A stretch of 64,000 nt of DNA from Dehalococcoidia bacterium (GCA_965198105.1 OZ240240.1:2168755-2232754), one strand, 5' to 3'; positions 1-9,448 are shown, counted from the first letter of the stretch. The notes: a model not told the origin generated them from the letters alone. Numbers and translations are program-made.

Positions 1-77
1 CACTTCGCCAGGAGGACTGACCACACTGGGGCGCCGGATTGGCGACCATCGCTGCATCCTGGATGTAAGGATCAGCG

Positions 78-310
78 ATGGCGTACAGGGAGGTGTCGAG
101 AGTGGAGATTCGCAGAAGTGGTTCGCCGCTGGCAGTCGGGCCAAAGCCAGCGGCAGAGAGCAACGGGCACGGTGTTATCGCGGGCGACAGTCAGCAGGTA
201 TGTCGCAGCGGCGCTGGGAGCGGGTCTGACACGCGACGGTCTTGCTCCGAACGAGGGCCAGCTGAGTCGTCTGGCCGGGCTGAACCTGTGCACCCCTCGG
301 AAGGTGGAGG
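78..310 (+). pseudogene. istA: IS21-family transposase IstA, N-terminal fragment of a degenerate copy, frameshifted and interrupted by another IS21
   Basis: MAYREVSRVEI and VVRRWQSGQSQRQ...LSRATVSRYV in two frames match the IstA N-terminus of the inverted copy at 2859. Confidence 0.8.
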
Positions 311-386
311 TGTCGATGATCAGGACCTATATACCACCTCGTCAGGTGGGTGACGGCCCCTGGACACCGTGGTATGCGGACTATTA

Positions 387-1181
387 TCACCGTTGGGTTT
401 GAGGGTCAACCACCTCCTTTGCATCCAGTCCGTCCAGCAGAGCCCTGTGGGGCGACAACCGCTCCCGGTAGCTCTGGCCCTCTATGACGATCTGGTAGCT
501 GGCGTTGGCGAGCCGGTCGAGGGCGCTGTTGCCGAGGATGGAGTCGTCGAAGAGCCCGAGCCACTCGTCGACAGCCCTGTTGGAGGTGATGACGAAGCTG
601 GCGGTGCGATGCCTGGCGATGACCAGCTCGTAGAGGTCTATGGACTGCTGTTGGGTCATCCTGTGGAGACCGAGGTCGTCGAGGATGAGCAGGTCCGGGG
701 CGAGGAAGGAGCGGAAGGTCTTGTCCGTGGAGTGGTCCACCCTGGCCTGAGCCATGGCCCTGAAGAAGTCGTCGGCATGTACGAAGCGGACAGTATGCCC
801 GGCTCTGACGGCGGCATATCCGAGAGCCTGAGCGATGAAGCTCTTGCCCACGCCGACCGGTCCGACGAGCAGGACGTGCTCGTTGCGGTCGAGGAACTGG
901 AGGGAGAAGGCGGCGTCCAGGAGTCGCCGGTCGAGTGTGACGGATGCGGACCAGTCGAAGTCTTCGAGACGGCAGGTCTGCTCGAAGCCGGCCCTCTGGA
1001 GACGGAGCTCCAGCCGCCTGTGGTCTCTGCGGTTGATCTCATCGGTCAGTATGATCTGCAGGAAGGATGCGTAGTCGAGCTGCTCCCTCCGTGCGAGGGC
1101 GACCCTCTCCGGCAGGGTGTTGAGCACGGCGCCGAGCTTGAGGCGCTTGAGCAGCGGGGTGAGTTCGGTCATGGTGGTCAT
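387..1181 (-). CDS. istB: IS21-family ATP-binding helper protein IstB
   Basis: Walker A GPVGVGKS, Walker B LLILDDLG, ITSNR and ALDRL motifs; start overlaps the istA stop. Confidence 0.92.
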   Translation of the reverse strand: MTTMTELTPLLKRLKLGAVLNTLPERVALARREQLDYASFLQIILTDEINRRDHRRLELRLQRAGFEQTCRLEDFDWSASVTLDRRLLDAAFSLQFLDRNEHVLLVGPVGVGKSFIAQALGYAAVRAGHTVRFVHADDFFRAMAQARVDHSTDKTFRSFLAPDLLILDDLGLHRMTQQQSIDLYELVIARHRTASFVITSNRAVDEWLGLFDDSILGNSALDRLANASYQIVIEGQSYRERLSPHRALLDGLDAKEVVDPQTQR

Positions 1182-2859
1182 GGTCGTTCTCCTTGTGCTG
1201 GTTGAGCGGTGCGGCCGTTGGCATGAGCGAAGACGGCGCCCGGCCTGGCGAATCGACCCGAGGGCATCGGTGGAGGCTCCGGCTGGGTGGCCTCCTGCTC
1301 CAGGGCCTCGACGAGTATGCGCTCGAGCCGGCGCACGTCGATCAGGTCTACGGAGAGAGCCCTCCGGCATGCGGCATCGAGACGCTCAGGGGAGTAGCGT
1401 TCTCCCAGGCGGATGAGCTTGTGTCCCTGCCTGAGCTTGGCCCAGGGCAACGGGCCGTCGAAGAGACGCTCGGCATAGGCCGCGACGGCCGGTCCCTGTG
1501 ACGCCGCGCTGCGCTTGATCTGCTCAGGCGCTCTGAGGGTGTAGGCGCTCAGCTCTGCCGGGTAGTCGTCGGGGTCGGTGGACCTGCCGCCGCGACCCTG
1601 GCGCGGGTGGACCTTGATCAGCCTTCCCCGATGGTAGATGCGCACCAGCTTGCTGCCGAGCCGCACCTCGACTTTCTGCCCGGGCGGGCATGCCGCAGAG
1701 GGCACCGGGTAGAGGGCGTACTGGCAGGCTATGTGGTGGTCGGGATGCACCTTGGCCGTGCGCCAGTCGGTCATCTCGTAGGGCTCTGCGTCCCACTCTC
1801 CGAGCGCGTGACGCTCCTCCTGCCCAAAGACGGCCAGGGGCTGCCTGCGGGTGGTGCCGTGGACTCTCTGTCCGGCCACCTCCAGGCACCAGCGCCTGGC
1901 AGCGGACCTCATGTCCGCAAGGCCCGTGAACTCCCCGCCCTTGAAGAACCGCTCCCGCACGTAGGGCACTCCACGTTCCACACGCGGCTTGTCACGGGGA
2001 TGGCGCACCCGAGCCGGATCTGCGATGAAGCCCCGGTGCTGGGAGTACTCCAGGAAGCCGCGCGTGAGTCGGGGATGGAGCGGATCGACACCCGCCACTG
2101 CTGAGGGGAAGTTGTCGATGACCAGGTAGTTGGGAACGCCCTCGAAGAAGCCCCAGGCTGCCTCCAACCCCTCGATCACATCGACCAGCTTCTGGCTGAA
2201 GGTCGGCCACACGAAGCTGTGACGCGAGTAGGCAAGGACGACGATCAACGCCCAGACCACACGGCGGCGGCTCGTCTCCGGGTCCTCCACCAGGCCCAGA
2301 CGACCGAAGTCCATCTCCGCCACCTCGCCTGGTGCGCTCTCCTCCATCCGCACCGTCGTGGCGCTTCGTCTCTGCCAACCCCGCCTACGGATGAACCGCC
2401 CCACCGACGCGTACGAGACCTCGCATCCACGAGCCGCAAGCAGCTCGTGGATGCGGGTCAGCTGCAACCGGTCGGCGGTCAGCCACTCGTAGATCTGCTC
2501 GGCCCAGGGGGCGAGCATCTCGTCGGTCGGCGTCTCAACCCTCCGGGGCCCCGCAACACTCAGCCCCGCCAGGCGGGTCAACTGATCTTCACTCGGAACC
2601 GGGCCGTCTCGGCTCAGGCCCGCCTCCACCCCCGCCTTGACGTATCTCCCGACTAACTTCAACTGTCACGCTGTGACCGCTGGGGCGGATTCACCACCAG
2701 TTAGTCGCCTCTGCACGGGCCGGATACGGGCATAACAATGCTACGGACTGTCTTCCTCGACAGTCCCGTACCGCTAGCTATCTGCCGCTGACTCTCACCG
2801 GACTGCCAGCGGCGTACCACTTCTGCTATCTCCACTCTAGACACCTCCCTGTACGCCAT
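1178..2859 (-). pseudogene. istA: IS21-family transposase IstA, interrupted by a 95-bp insertion near the N-terminus
   Basis: EMDFG, IDN and PRDKPRVE DDE motifs in ORF 1178..2662; true start MAYREV at 2859; removing 2651-2745 restores SRKTVGRYV. Confidence 0.85.
2651..2749. mobile_element. Small TIR-less insertion bounded by GACT direct repeats
   Basis: GACT at 2651-2654 and 2746-2749; precise removal restores the istA frame. Confidence 0.7.
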
Positions 2860-2992
2860 CGCCGCTCCTTACATCAAGGTTGCAGCTATGGTCGCCAATC
2901 AGGTGTCCGGGGTGGTCCCCCTCACTGATTAAGTGGTCTATAGGTCCTGATTATTTCTCGATCTACTGGTACCTAGCTCTTGATCATTGACA

Positions 2993-3177
2993 GGAGACAC
3001 CGACCGAGGAGATTCTCGCTCCGTGAGCCGACCGGATATACGAGTGTCTGACTTCCGACCGGTTGCAGTTGACCCGCATCCACGAGTTGCTTGCGGGCCG
3101 GGGCTGCCGGGTCTCCTACACGTCGTTGAGGATATTCATCCAGCGACTGGGCTGCCGAAGGAGTAGCCCAGCGACGC
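2993..3177 (+). pseudogene. istA: Continuation of the degenerate IstA begun at 78
   Basis: Reads ETPTEEILAP*ADRIYECLTSDRLQLTRIHELLAGRGC, homologous to ETPTDEMLAPWAEQIYEWLTADRLQLTRIHELLAARGC. Confidence 0.8.
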
Positions 3178-3300
3178 TCAAAAGACTCACGTGAGAGATA
3201 TGCACCCATCTCTCGGAGGAACCGGACACGCGACGTCCAAGCCGGTGAGGCGTCCTCGATGTCCGTCTCAGCGGGCCGCGGGCCGTCAGGAGAGCCCGGT

Positions 3301-3854
3301 CACTGGTACAGCGCCATGAAGCCGGGCATGCCCGCATGGATCTCCTCAAGGCTCTGATTCGTAGCTGGGACCGTTATATATAAATATATATTCAGGCGTT
3401 CTTTGTTTTTATCACCATGAATTCCGTCCCTCTGCGGGCTCCTCCGGGGTGTCGCCGGGAGTCGCTCTCAAACCCAGGTGTTTCACCAGCCCGGCATGCG
3501 GACTCGGCGCTGCGCGGTCATCGCGACGGCCTATATCAACACCGCCAGACCCTTGGTGGTCGTCTCCCAGCCACCACCCTGGCAGGGCGATGTCGATTAT
3601 CATTCTCCATCGCAGGTTCCTGTGCCTCGGGAGACTGTAGCCCGGCGTTCTGCGCCTCGTGCGGCGTGGTGTGTAGACTCACCGCACGGGCGTTTCCCTC
3701 TCTTGAGAGATGCGTCGTGGTGCTCTTCCAGCGATGCAAGGGCCCCTTCGACTATTTCTTATCACTCCGGCGGTGGCCTGCGTCCGCACCAGGATGCCGG
3801 CCTTTCACTGCGAGCGCATCAGTTTGACGGCCTCATGACAGGCCAGGTCACTAT
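3301..3854. repeat. Unknown ~560 bp non-coding element, copy A
   Basis: Colinear blocks shared with 5442-6014, e.g. CTGATTCGTAGCTGG, CCCGGCGTTCTGCGCC, GATGCCGGCCTTTCACTGCGAGCGCATCAG, CAGGCCAGGTCACTAT. Confidence 0.85.
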
Positions 3855-4027
3855 ATCACGGATTCGACGCCGTCCTTCCCCTTGCCTCTACAGTGGTTCC
3901 GCTCACGAGAAATCTGCGCGTCGGCGTCTTGGGTCCTGCTCAGCGGAAGCGTCATCACTCAGTAGTTGCGGCTCCGGTGCGTCCCGTCCGTACTCAGATT
4001 TGCCTGCCCCTTCAGCTCCATGGCTGC

Positions 4028-5365
4028 TCAGGCAGCAGTTCGGAGTGCTAGCATCTCATCCCGAAGTGCTTTAGCCCGACATGCCAGGCTGTGGATGCGA
4101 TGGAGCACCTCGTCAAGCGACCCGGACAGGTCGAGCGCTTCGACCTCAAGCCGCTTGCTGGAGTGACGAACATGGTAGGTTCGAGTGTCCGCTTCCCCCT
4201 GAGCGTAGATCATGAGCCCACCCGGAAGATCCAGAGAGGTGACGTAGGCTACTGTGGTGTATCCGTAGTTCGCTGCATTATTTGGAGGCTCTATGAAAGG
4301 ACAGGGAACCAGATTCTCGCTCGAACCAGAGTAACGTATCAGCGTCGGTTGCCCCTTGATTTACCGATGAACTACGGATATACCATACTAGTAGCTGATA
4401 CAGGTCCGCGTTGGGTACTTTCCCGCCGGTGATGTTCTTGTACTTCGCGTCTCCCACGAATACGCGGTCTCCGGCGTGCCACCAGACAAGATCCGGCCTA
4501 AGATTCACCCGATTCGCGTAATCGAGACTCGAAGTTTCCATCTCCCCGAACATCCTGGGGGAGACACCGAGCGCCTCACGCAGCGCCTGGGTCACGAACT
4601 CCTGGAATACGTCGTTCATGTCCATCAGGAATCCGGCTGCCCGAACCTCACCGCGTCGGGACTCGAACGCGCTGTGTCGCAAGACCAGCCGTGACAACGC
4701 TGTCACCTCGCGATAGTGCTCGTTGAGCCGATCGAAGCGGACCTCAGGCACGGCGTTCGGCACAAATTCTACTCGGGAGACGTTGTCGAGCATCCCGTCA
4801 ACTCGTCCCAGCCTCCGGCGCGCGTTACGAGCGCGCAGCTGCATACGTCCCAGCCGGTGCACCGCAGCCTTCACCAGCCGGTTTGCCAGTATGTCGTCGG
4901 TGAACTCGTCGTAACGCACCTCGACCGGGATGGCGATGCCGGGCCTGCGACGCATCTGCTCGTCAACCCTGATGCGCCCGCGCACAGTGCGCAGCGCCTG
5001 CTCCTCCTCACGGTAGCCGTGCAGCAGCCCCCGTGAGAATGCCCGGCCGGCTGCAGAGGCCAGCGAGAGGGCCAGAACATCCGGCAGCGAGTACTCGCGC
5101 GCAAAGTCGAACAACTCCTGCCGGGGCTTGATTCTGCTCATTGCGTAGCAGACCATCGAGAGCAGTTGCTGGATTCCGATCTTCGGCTCAACTATCACTG
5201 AGAGGTCCCCGGCCTCGACCGCGCCGACGGTGGAGCCGGGCGTGAGCCGGTACCGGTGACCGGCTGAATCGTCAGGGACCGAAACATCATCTGCAGAGCG
5301 TCGCGCTCAGCGGCTGAGAGCGCATGCTCGCTCGTTTCGTACTCCCTGAGCTTGAGTTGTCGCAT
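4028..5365 (-). pseudogene. mcrC: McrC-family restriction endonuclease subunit, frameshifted near 5250 and split by a MITE
   Basis: VEPKI, VRGRI, MNDVFQEFV, LRPDL...DAKYK...ADLYQLL[MITE]AYVTSLDLPGGLMIYA, a PD-(D/E)xK McrC signature. Confidence 0.85.
4252..4388. mobile_element. 137-bp MITE with TA target duplication (IS630-type)
   Basis: TA|CTGTGGTGTATCCGTAGTTC ... GAACTACGGATATACCATAC|TA; excision restores YQLLAY in mcrC. Confidence 0.85.
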
Positions 5366-5441
5366 CACTGGGCGCCGTTGTCTTGAACCGTGGCGCTTGC
5401 CTCACTCCCCACGGTGCCCTCTTCGCTTGCACCCCACTGCA

Positions 5442-6014
5442 CACTGGTCAGCGCCACGAAACCGGGCATGCCCGGTTTCGTGGCGCATGGATCTTCTTCA
5501 TGGCCCTGATTCGTAGCTGGAGAGCTTATATATAATAATATATTCTCGGCGTTCGGACTTTTTATCTCTCTCTCAGACGGCCTCCCGCAGGGCCTCCGAA
5601 AGTGTCGTTCAGGGGACGCTCTGAGCCTCGAATTCTCCACCAGCTCGGCACGCGAAACGCATCGGGGCGGTCGCTCTGAGCACCGCCAGAGTCCTGGTGG
5701 TCCTCAGTCCAGCCGACTTCCCTGTCTGGGCGATGTCGACCACCATCCTCCACTCCAGATCCTCTGCCTCGGTGGCCTGTGACCCGGCGTTCTGCGCCCT
5801 CGTGCGGCGTGGTGTGTAAGCTCACCGGGCGGGCGTGTCCCCCTCCCTCTTGTGAGACGCGATGCAGCGCTCTTCCGGCGATGCAAGCCACTTTGACTAC
5901 TTTTTATCTCTCCGGCGGTGGCCTGTGTCCCAACCAGATGCCGGCCTTTCACTGCGAGCGCATCAGCTTGACGGCCTCATGTATTCTGGCCCTCGACACA
6001 GGCCAGGTCACTAT
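5442..6014. repeat. Unknown ~570 bp non-coding element, copy B, with a perfect 36-bp palindrome at 5451-5486
   Basis: Direct repeat of 3301-3854; GCGCCACGAAACCGGGCATGCCCGGTTTCGTGGCGC is self-complementary. Confidence 0.85.
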
Positions 6015-6283
6015 CTCTCTATCGATACCCAGTTCTTCACCGAGCACGCCAGCTATGAACTGCGGGTCGGCTCAGGTGCGGCACCACCTATTTCTTTCTT
6101 CAAGCCGGGGAGCGAAGGAGACGGCGTGCTCTACGAGGAGCAGATGGGAGACGCGTGTCGCTGTTCAGGGATTATGTCCGCCTAAGCGTTCAGGGTTCAG
6201 GGAAATGTCCATCTAGGCTGCCATGGTTCTGTTGCATTTTCAGAGTAGACAGGGGGTAGGAAGGCAGAAATGATGCGGCGGCT

Positions 6284-6700
6284 ATGGCTGTCGAGGAACT
6301 TCTGCCGGGGCTGGTCGAAGTGACCGAGGAACGGTTAGGCAAACGGATTGGCTGGCCGGTGACGACCGCGTTCATCGTGGTGGTGTTCCTAGGATTTGGG
6401 GCATGGTGCCTAAAGCTGGTCGTGGACAACGCAGTCCGGCCCGTCATAAGCGTCTTTCACGTTGAAAGCGTATCGGTGAACCTTGTCGAGGTGCTGCTGG
6501 TCTACGGCATAGGTGCGACTATGTGGGCCGGTGTCGTGCTCCTTGCCGACCGTATGGCACTGGCGCGGTTGACCCGTGAGCGGCAGCCATTTTACAGGAG
6601 CGCGCCCACAACCGCCGCCAGTACAGGGCATATATGCGCAGCCTGGGAAAGATTGCTATTGAATTCCAGCAGCAGGGAGGTATCCTCAAAAAGTGTGTAA
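6284..6700 (+). pseudogene. Hypothetical membrane protein (IS6 passenger), probably frameshifted and interrupted by IS256; tail at ~8047-8134
   Basis: Two hydrophobic segments; a second frame ...IAIEFQQQG resumes as QGVKISTTMLDDAKIRLTAEIDEETSR* after the IS256. Confidence 0.5.
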
Positions 6701-8046
6701 ACGATCAGGCGGTGTACCCTCTCTCTGAACATAACGGGCTTGGAGGCCCAAGAGAGGAGATACACCGCCCATGGATGATGGAAGCATTGAGAAGGGTCCT
6801 GCGTCAAGGCCGGAGTGGGAGCACCTGGAGGAGTGGTTGCGAGGTCAGATGCAGGGGCTGATCCAGGAGCTGCTCGAGCAGGAGGTCACTGAGTTCCTCG
6901 GGAGGGCCAGATCGATTCGCCGGTCGGAATCTGACAACGACACCGGCTACCGTAACGGCTACGCGCCGCCGCGGCGATTGACCCTGAGTTCCGGGACCAT
7001 ACGGGTCAGGAGGCCCAGGGTACGAGACACCGATGAGAGATTCGAGAGCCGGCTGCTGCCCCTGTTCGTCCATAGGACGAGGGAGGTGGCGGACCTGATC
7101 CCGGAGCTGTACCTGCACGGTCTCTCGGAGGGTGACTTCGACCTGGCGCTGCGGGGACTGCTCGGGGAGGAGGCGCCGATATCCGCGAGCACGGTCGCCC
7201 GGCTCAAGGAGAGGTGGAACGCTGAACTTGCTGAATGGCGTGCGAGGCCCCTGGACGACCTCGAGGTGGTCTACATGTGGGTTGACGGGGTGTACGTGAA
7301 GGCGGGTCTCGAGAGGGAGAAAGCCGCGATCCTGGTGGTGATGGCGGCGCTGAGCGACGGGAGCAAGGTGGTGGTGAGTGCCGTGCCCGGGTACAGGGAG
7401 TCGACGCGGAGCTGGTCTGAGGTACTCAGAGACCTGAGGAGGCGTGGGCTCAACTGCCCCAGGCTGGTGGTCGGAGACGGACACCTGGGTATATGGGGAG
7501 CGCTTCGCAACGTCTGGCCGGAGGCGTCAGAGCAGCGTTGCTGGAACCACAAGATCCTGAACGTGCTGGACAAGCTGCCGAAGCGCCAGCATGATCAGGG
7601 GAGGCTGCTGCTGCGCAACATCCCGTACGCCGAGACCCGGGCTGAGGCTGAGAGGTTGAGGAAGGTGTTCACCCGGTGGTGTGGCGACCACTCGTACGAG
7701 GCTGCCAGCGAGGCGATCGAGCGGGACTGGGAGCGTATGGTGACCTTCTGCGACTACCCCAGAGAGCACTGGCGTCACCTTCGTACGACCAACCCGGTGG
7801 AGTCGCCGTTCGCTGCGCTGCGGCTCAGGACCGATGCTGCCAGGCGCTACAAGAGGGTGGACAGAGCGATAGCTGTTATCTGGAAGATGTTGATGGTGGC
7901 CGAGAAGAGGTTTCGGCGCCTGCAGGCGCCGGAGCTGATGAAGGACGTCTATCTCGGCGCCAAGTACATGGATGGAATCGCCGTAGACGCTACGGCAGAG
8001 AAGATCGCCGCCTGATCACGTTTACACAACTCTTGACGTAACCTCC
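6677..8046 (+). mobile_element. IS256-family insertion sequence
   Basis: Imperfect TIRs GAGGTATCCTCAAAAAGTGTGTAAACG / GAGGTTACGTCAAGAGTTGTGTAAACG; 8-bp TSD GCAGCAGG/GCATCAGG. Confidence 0.88.
6771..8015 (+). CDS. IS256-family (Mutator-type) transposase
   Basis: YRNGY, RPRVRD, WVDGVY, VGDG, QRCWNHK and RTTNPVES motifs; intact 414 aa. Confidence 0.93.
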   Translation: MDDGSIEKGPASRPEWEHLEEWLRGQMQGLIQELLEQEVTEFLGRARSIRRSESDNDTGYRNGYAPPRRLTLSSGTIRVRRPRVRDTDERFESRLLPLFVHRTREVADLIPELYLHGLSEGDFDLALRGLLGEEAPISASTVARLKERWNAELAEWRARPLDDLEVVYMWVDGVYVKAGLEREKAAILVVMAALSDGSKVVVSAVPGYRESTRSWSEVLRDLRRRGLNCPRLVVGDGHLGIWGALRNVWPEASEQRCWNHKILNVLDKLPKRQHDQGRLLLRNIPYAETRAEAERLRKVFTRWCGDHSYEAASEAIERDWERMVTFCDYPREHWRHLRTTNPVESPFAALRLRTDAARRYKRVDRAIAVIWKMLMVAEKRFRRLQAPELMKDVYLGAKYMDGIAVDATAEKIAA

Positions 8047-8314
8047 GCATCAGGGGGTAAAGATCTCAACCACGATGCTTGACGACGCCAAGATAAGGCT
8101 CACTGCCGAGATCGACGAGGAAACATCGCGTTGACATTCCCGAAGTCCGCTTATAACCTTGCCCCCGCTAAGAACGTGACGTTTTCCCTTGAACGGTGTG
8201 CCTCTAGGATGGCCCCCGTCCGTAGAGGACTCAAGGCGCGACCCCGCGCCCCTGAGCGGCCCGTTCTTGGGAAGGGTACGTTCTTAGCAAATCGCACCTT
8301 ATCCGCGAGGGGGC

Positions 8315-8575
8315 TTGTCTATGAGACTGACGTTCAGTTGGAAGTGGGTTCTAATATCGCTGGTGGCCTTCGCGCCTGTGCGATTGCTAAGGAATCACAC
8401 AGATTTGCCGGACGCTCTGATATGGATGGCGGCAGCGGGAACATTAGTAGTTCTCTTTCTCATCAAGTCGGCAATATCGAGCAACAATCCGCCCGAGTGT
8501 CAGCACGAATGGAGTCCTGCGCCGCAAGGCCAGGAATGCCACAAATGCGGCAGAACGCAGCGGGGGTTAGGCTAG
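8315..8575 (+). CDS. Small membrane protein with C-terminal Cys/His ribbon (IS6 passenger)
   Basis: Two hydrophobic helices followed by CQHEW...CHKCG. Confidence 0.5.
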   Translation: MSMRLTFSWKWVLISLVAFAPVRLLRNHTDLPDALIWMAAAGTLVVLFLIKSAISSNNPPECQHEWSPAPQGQECHKCGRTQRGLG

Positions 8576-8599
8576 GCGGGGCGCGCTCACGCGGAAGGG

Positions 8600-9403
8600 C
8601 TACAGGGGCCTTCCGCATGGCGGCGATGTCCGTCTAGTTGTCGAACGGGATATCAGCACCGGCTGCGCGCGCCGGGCTCTTGCCGCCGACGCCGCCGTGC
8701 GGCCGGAAGTAGTTGTAGTGTAGGACAAGGCCGTCGCTGTAGGTTGTTCGGTGTCGCGTGCCTGAAGGCCGCGCAAGGTCTTGTCGCGGTCTCGGAACGT
8801 GCCTTGCAGCCGTTCGCTCAGGTTGTTGTTGATAACGGCTCGAATGCCCTCCGTGATGATGTGCTTGACGGGATGCACGGGGAAAGCCTCCTGGATGCCT
8901 CGGCCATAGGAAGGGAGGCCGTCGGTCTTGAGGATGCGGGGCGCGTTCTCCGCGCGGTCCCGTGCGATACTCATGGCGGTTGCGGCTTCGCGCGCCGTGC
9001 GCACCGGCGACAGGTAGGCCGCGAGAACGAATCGCGTCTCGGAGTCCATGACGTTGAACAGCCAGTATTTGCGCCCACCGACCCGCACGACTATCTCATC
9101 CGCTACCCACTCGGGGCCGGTGCGAATCTTGGTGTCGCTGACTATCTCATGGGCGCGGTCGGCGTAGTCGTGAACCCATCGCATGATGGTGGCGGGGTTG
9201 GTCTAGCGTCCGAAGTATTCCTCGACGTTCTCCGCGACTCGGCGATAGCTGAGGCCGTCGAAGTACATATCGACGGCGGCTCCGATCTGCTGGGGCGTGG
9301 CATGGCCGCGAGGCTTAGAACCGGCGTGCCCGCAAGTGGCGCACGGGATGGGCGGCGTCTGCTTGCGCTTGCAGGTGGGACCGCACAGATGGCCCATGGG
9401 CAA
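8600..9403 (-). pseudogene. IS6-family DDE transposase with internal stop at 9203
   Basis: GLSYRRVAE HTH, WVADEIVVRVGG, WLFNVMDSETRF, LKTDGL and NNLSERLQG motifs. Confidence 0.8.
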
Positions 9404-9448
9404 CAGGATACCACGAAAGGGGAACTACCCTGAATATGCAACAGAACC

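Larger units (their letters stand above)
311..2992 (-). mobile_element. IS21-family insertion sequence (istA-istB)
   Basis: Ends read TGTCGATGATCAGGACCTATATACCAC at 311 and TGTCAATGATCAAG...ATCAGGACCTATAGACCAC (reverse complement, ending 2992); flanks GGAGG/GGAGA resemble a target duplication. Confidence 0.85.
6225..9448 (-). mobile_element. IS6-family element carrying passenger genes
   Basis: Inverted ends GGTTCTGTTGCATTTTCAGAGTAG (6225) and GGTTCTGTTGCATATTCAGGGTAG (reverse complement, ending 9448) enclose an IS6-type transposase and two small ORFs. Confidence 0.8.

Noticed and set aside
2650-2707. attC-like site (GACTAAC...GTTAGTC)
   Set aside because: Does not fit RYYYAAC/GTTRRRY, inner pairing is weak, the insertion boundary is not at G^TT, and there is no integron integrase.
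3417-4074. ORFs within repeat copy A, and 5562-6216 in copy B
   Set aside because: Frames are not conserved between the copies because of non-triplet indels, and no domain is recognisable.
9203-9205. In-frame TAG in the IS6 transposase and TGA at 62908-62910 in IS1380 as possible recoding
   Set aside because: Both genes carry other lesions, so ordinary pseudogenisation explains them.
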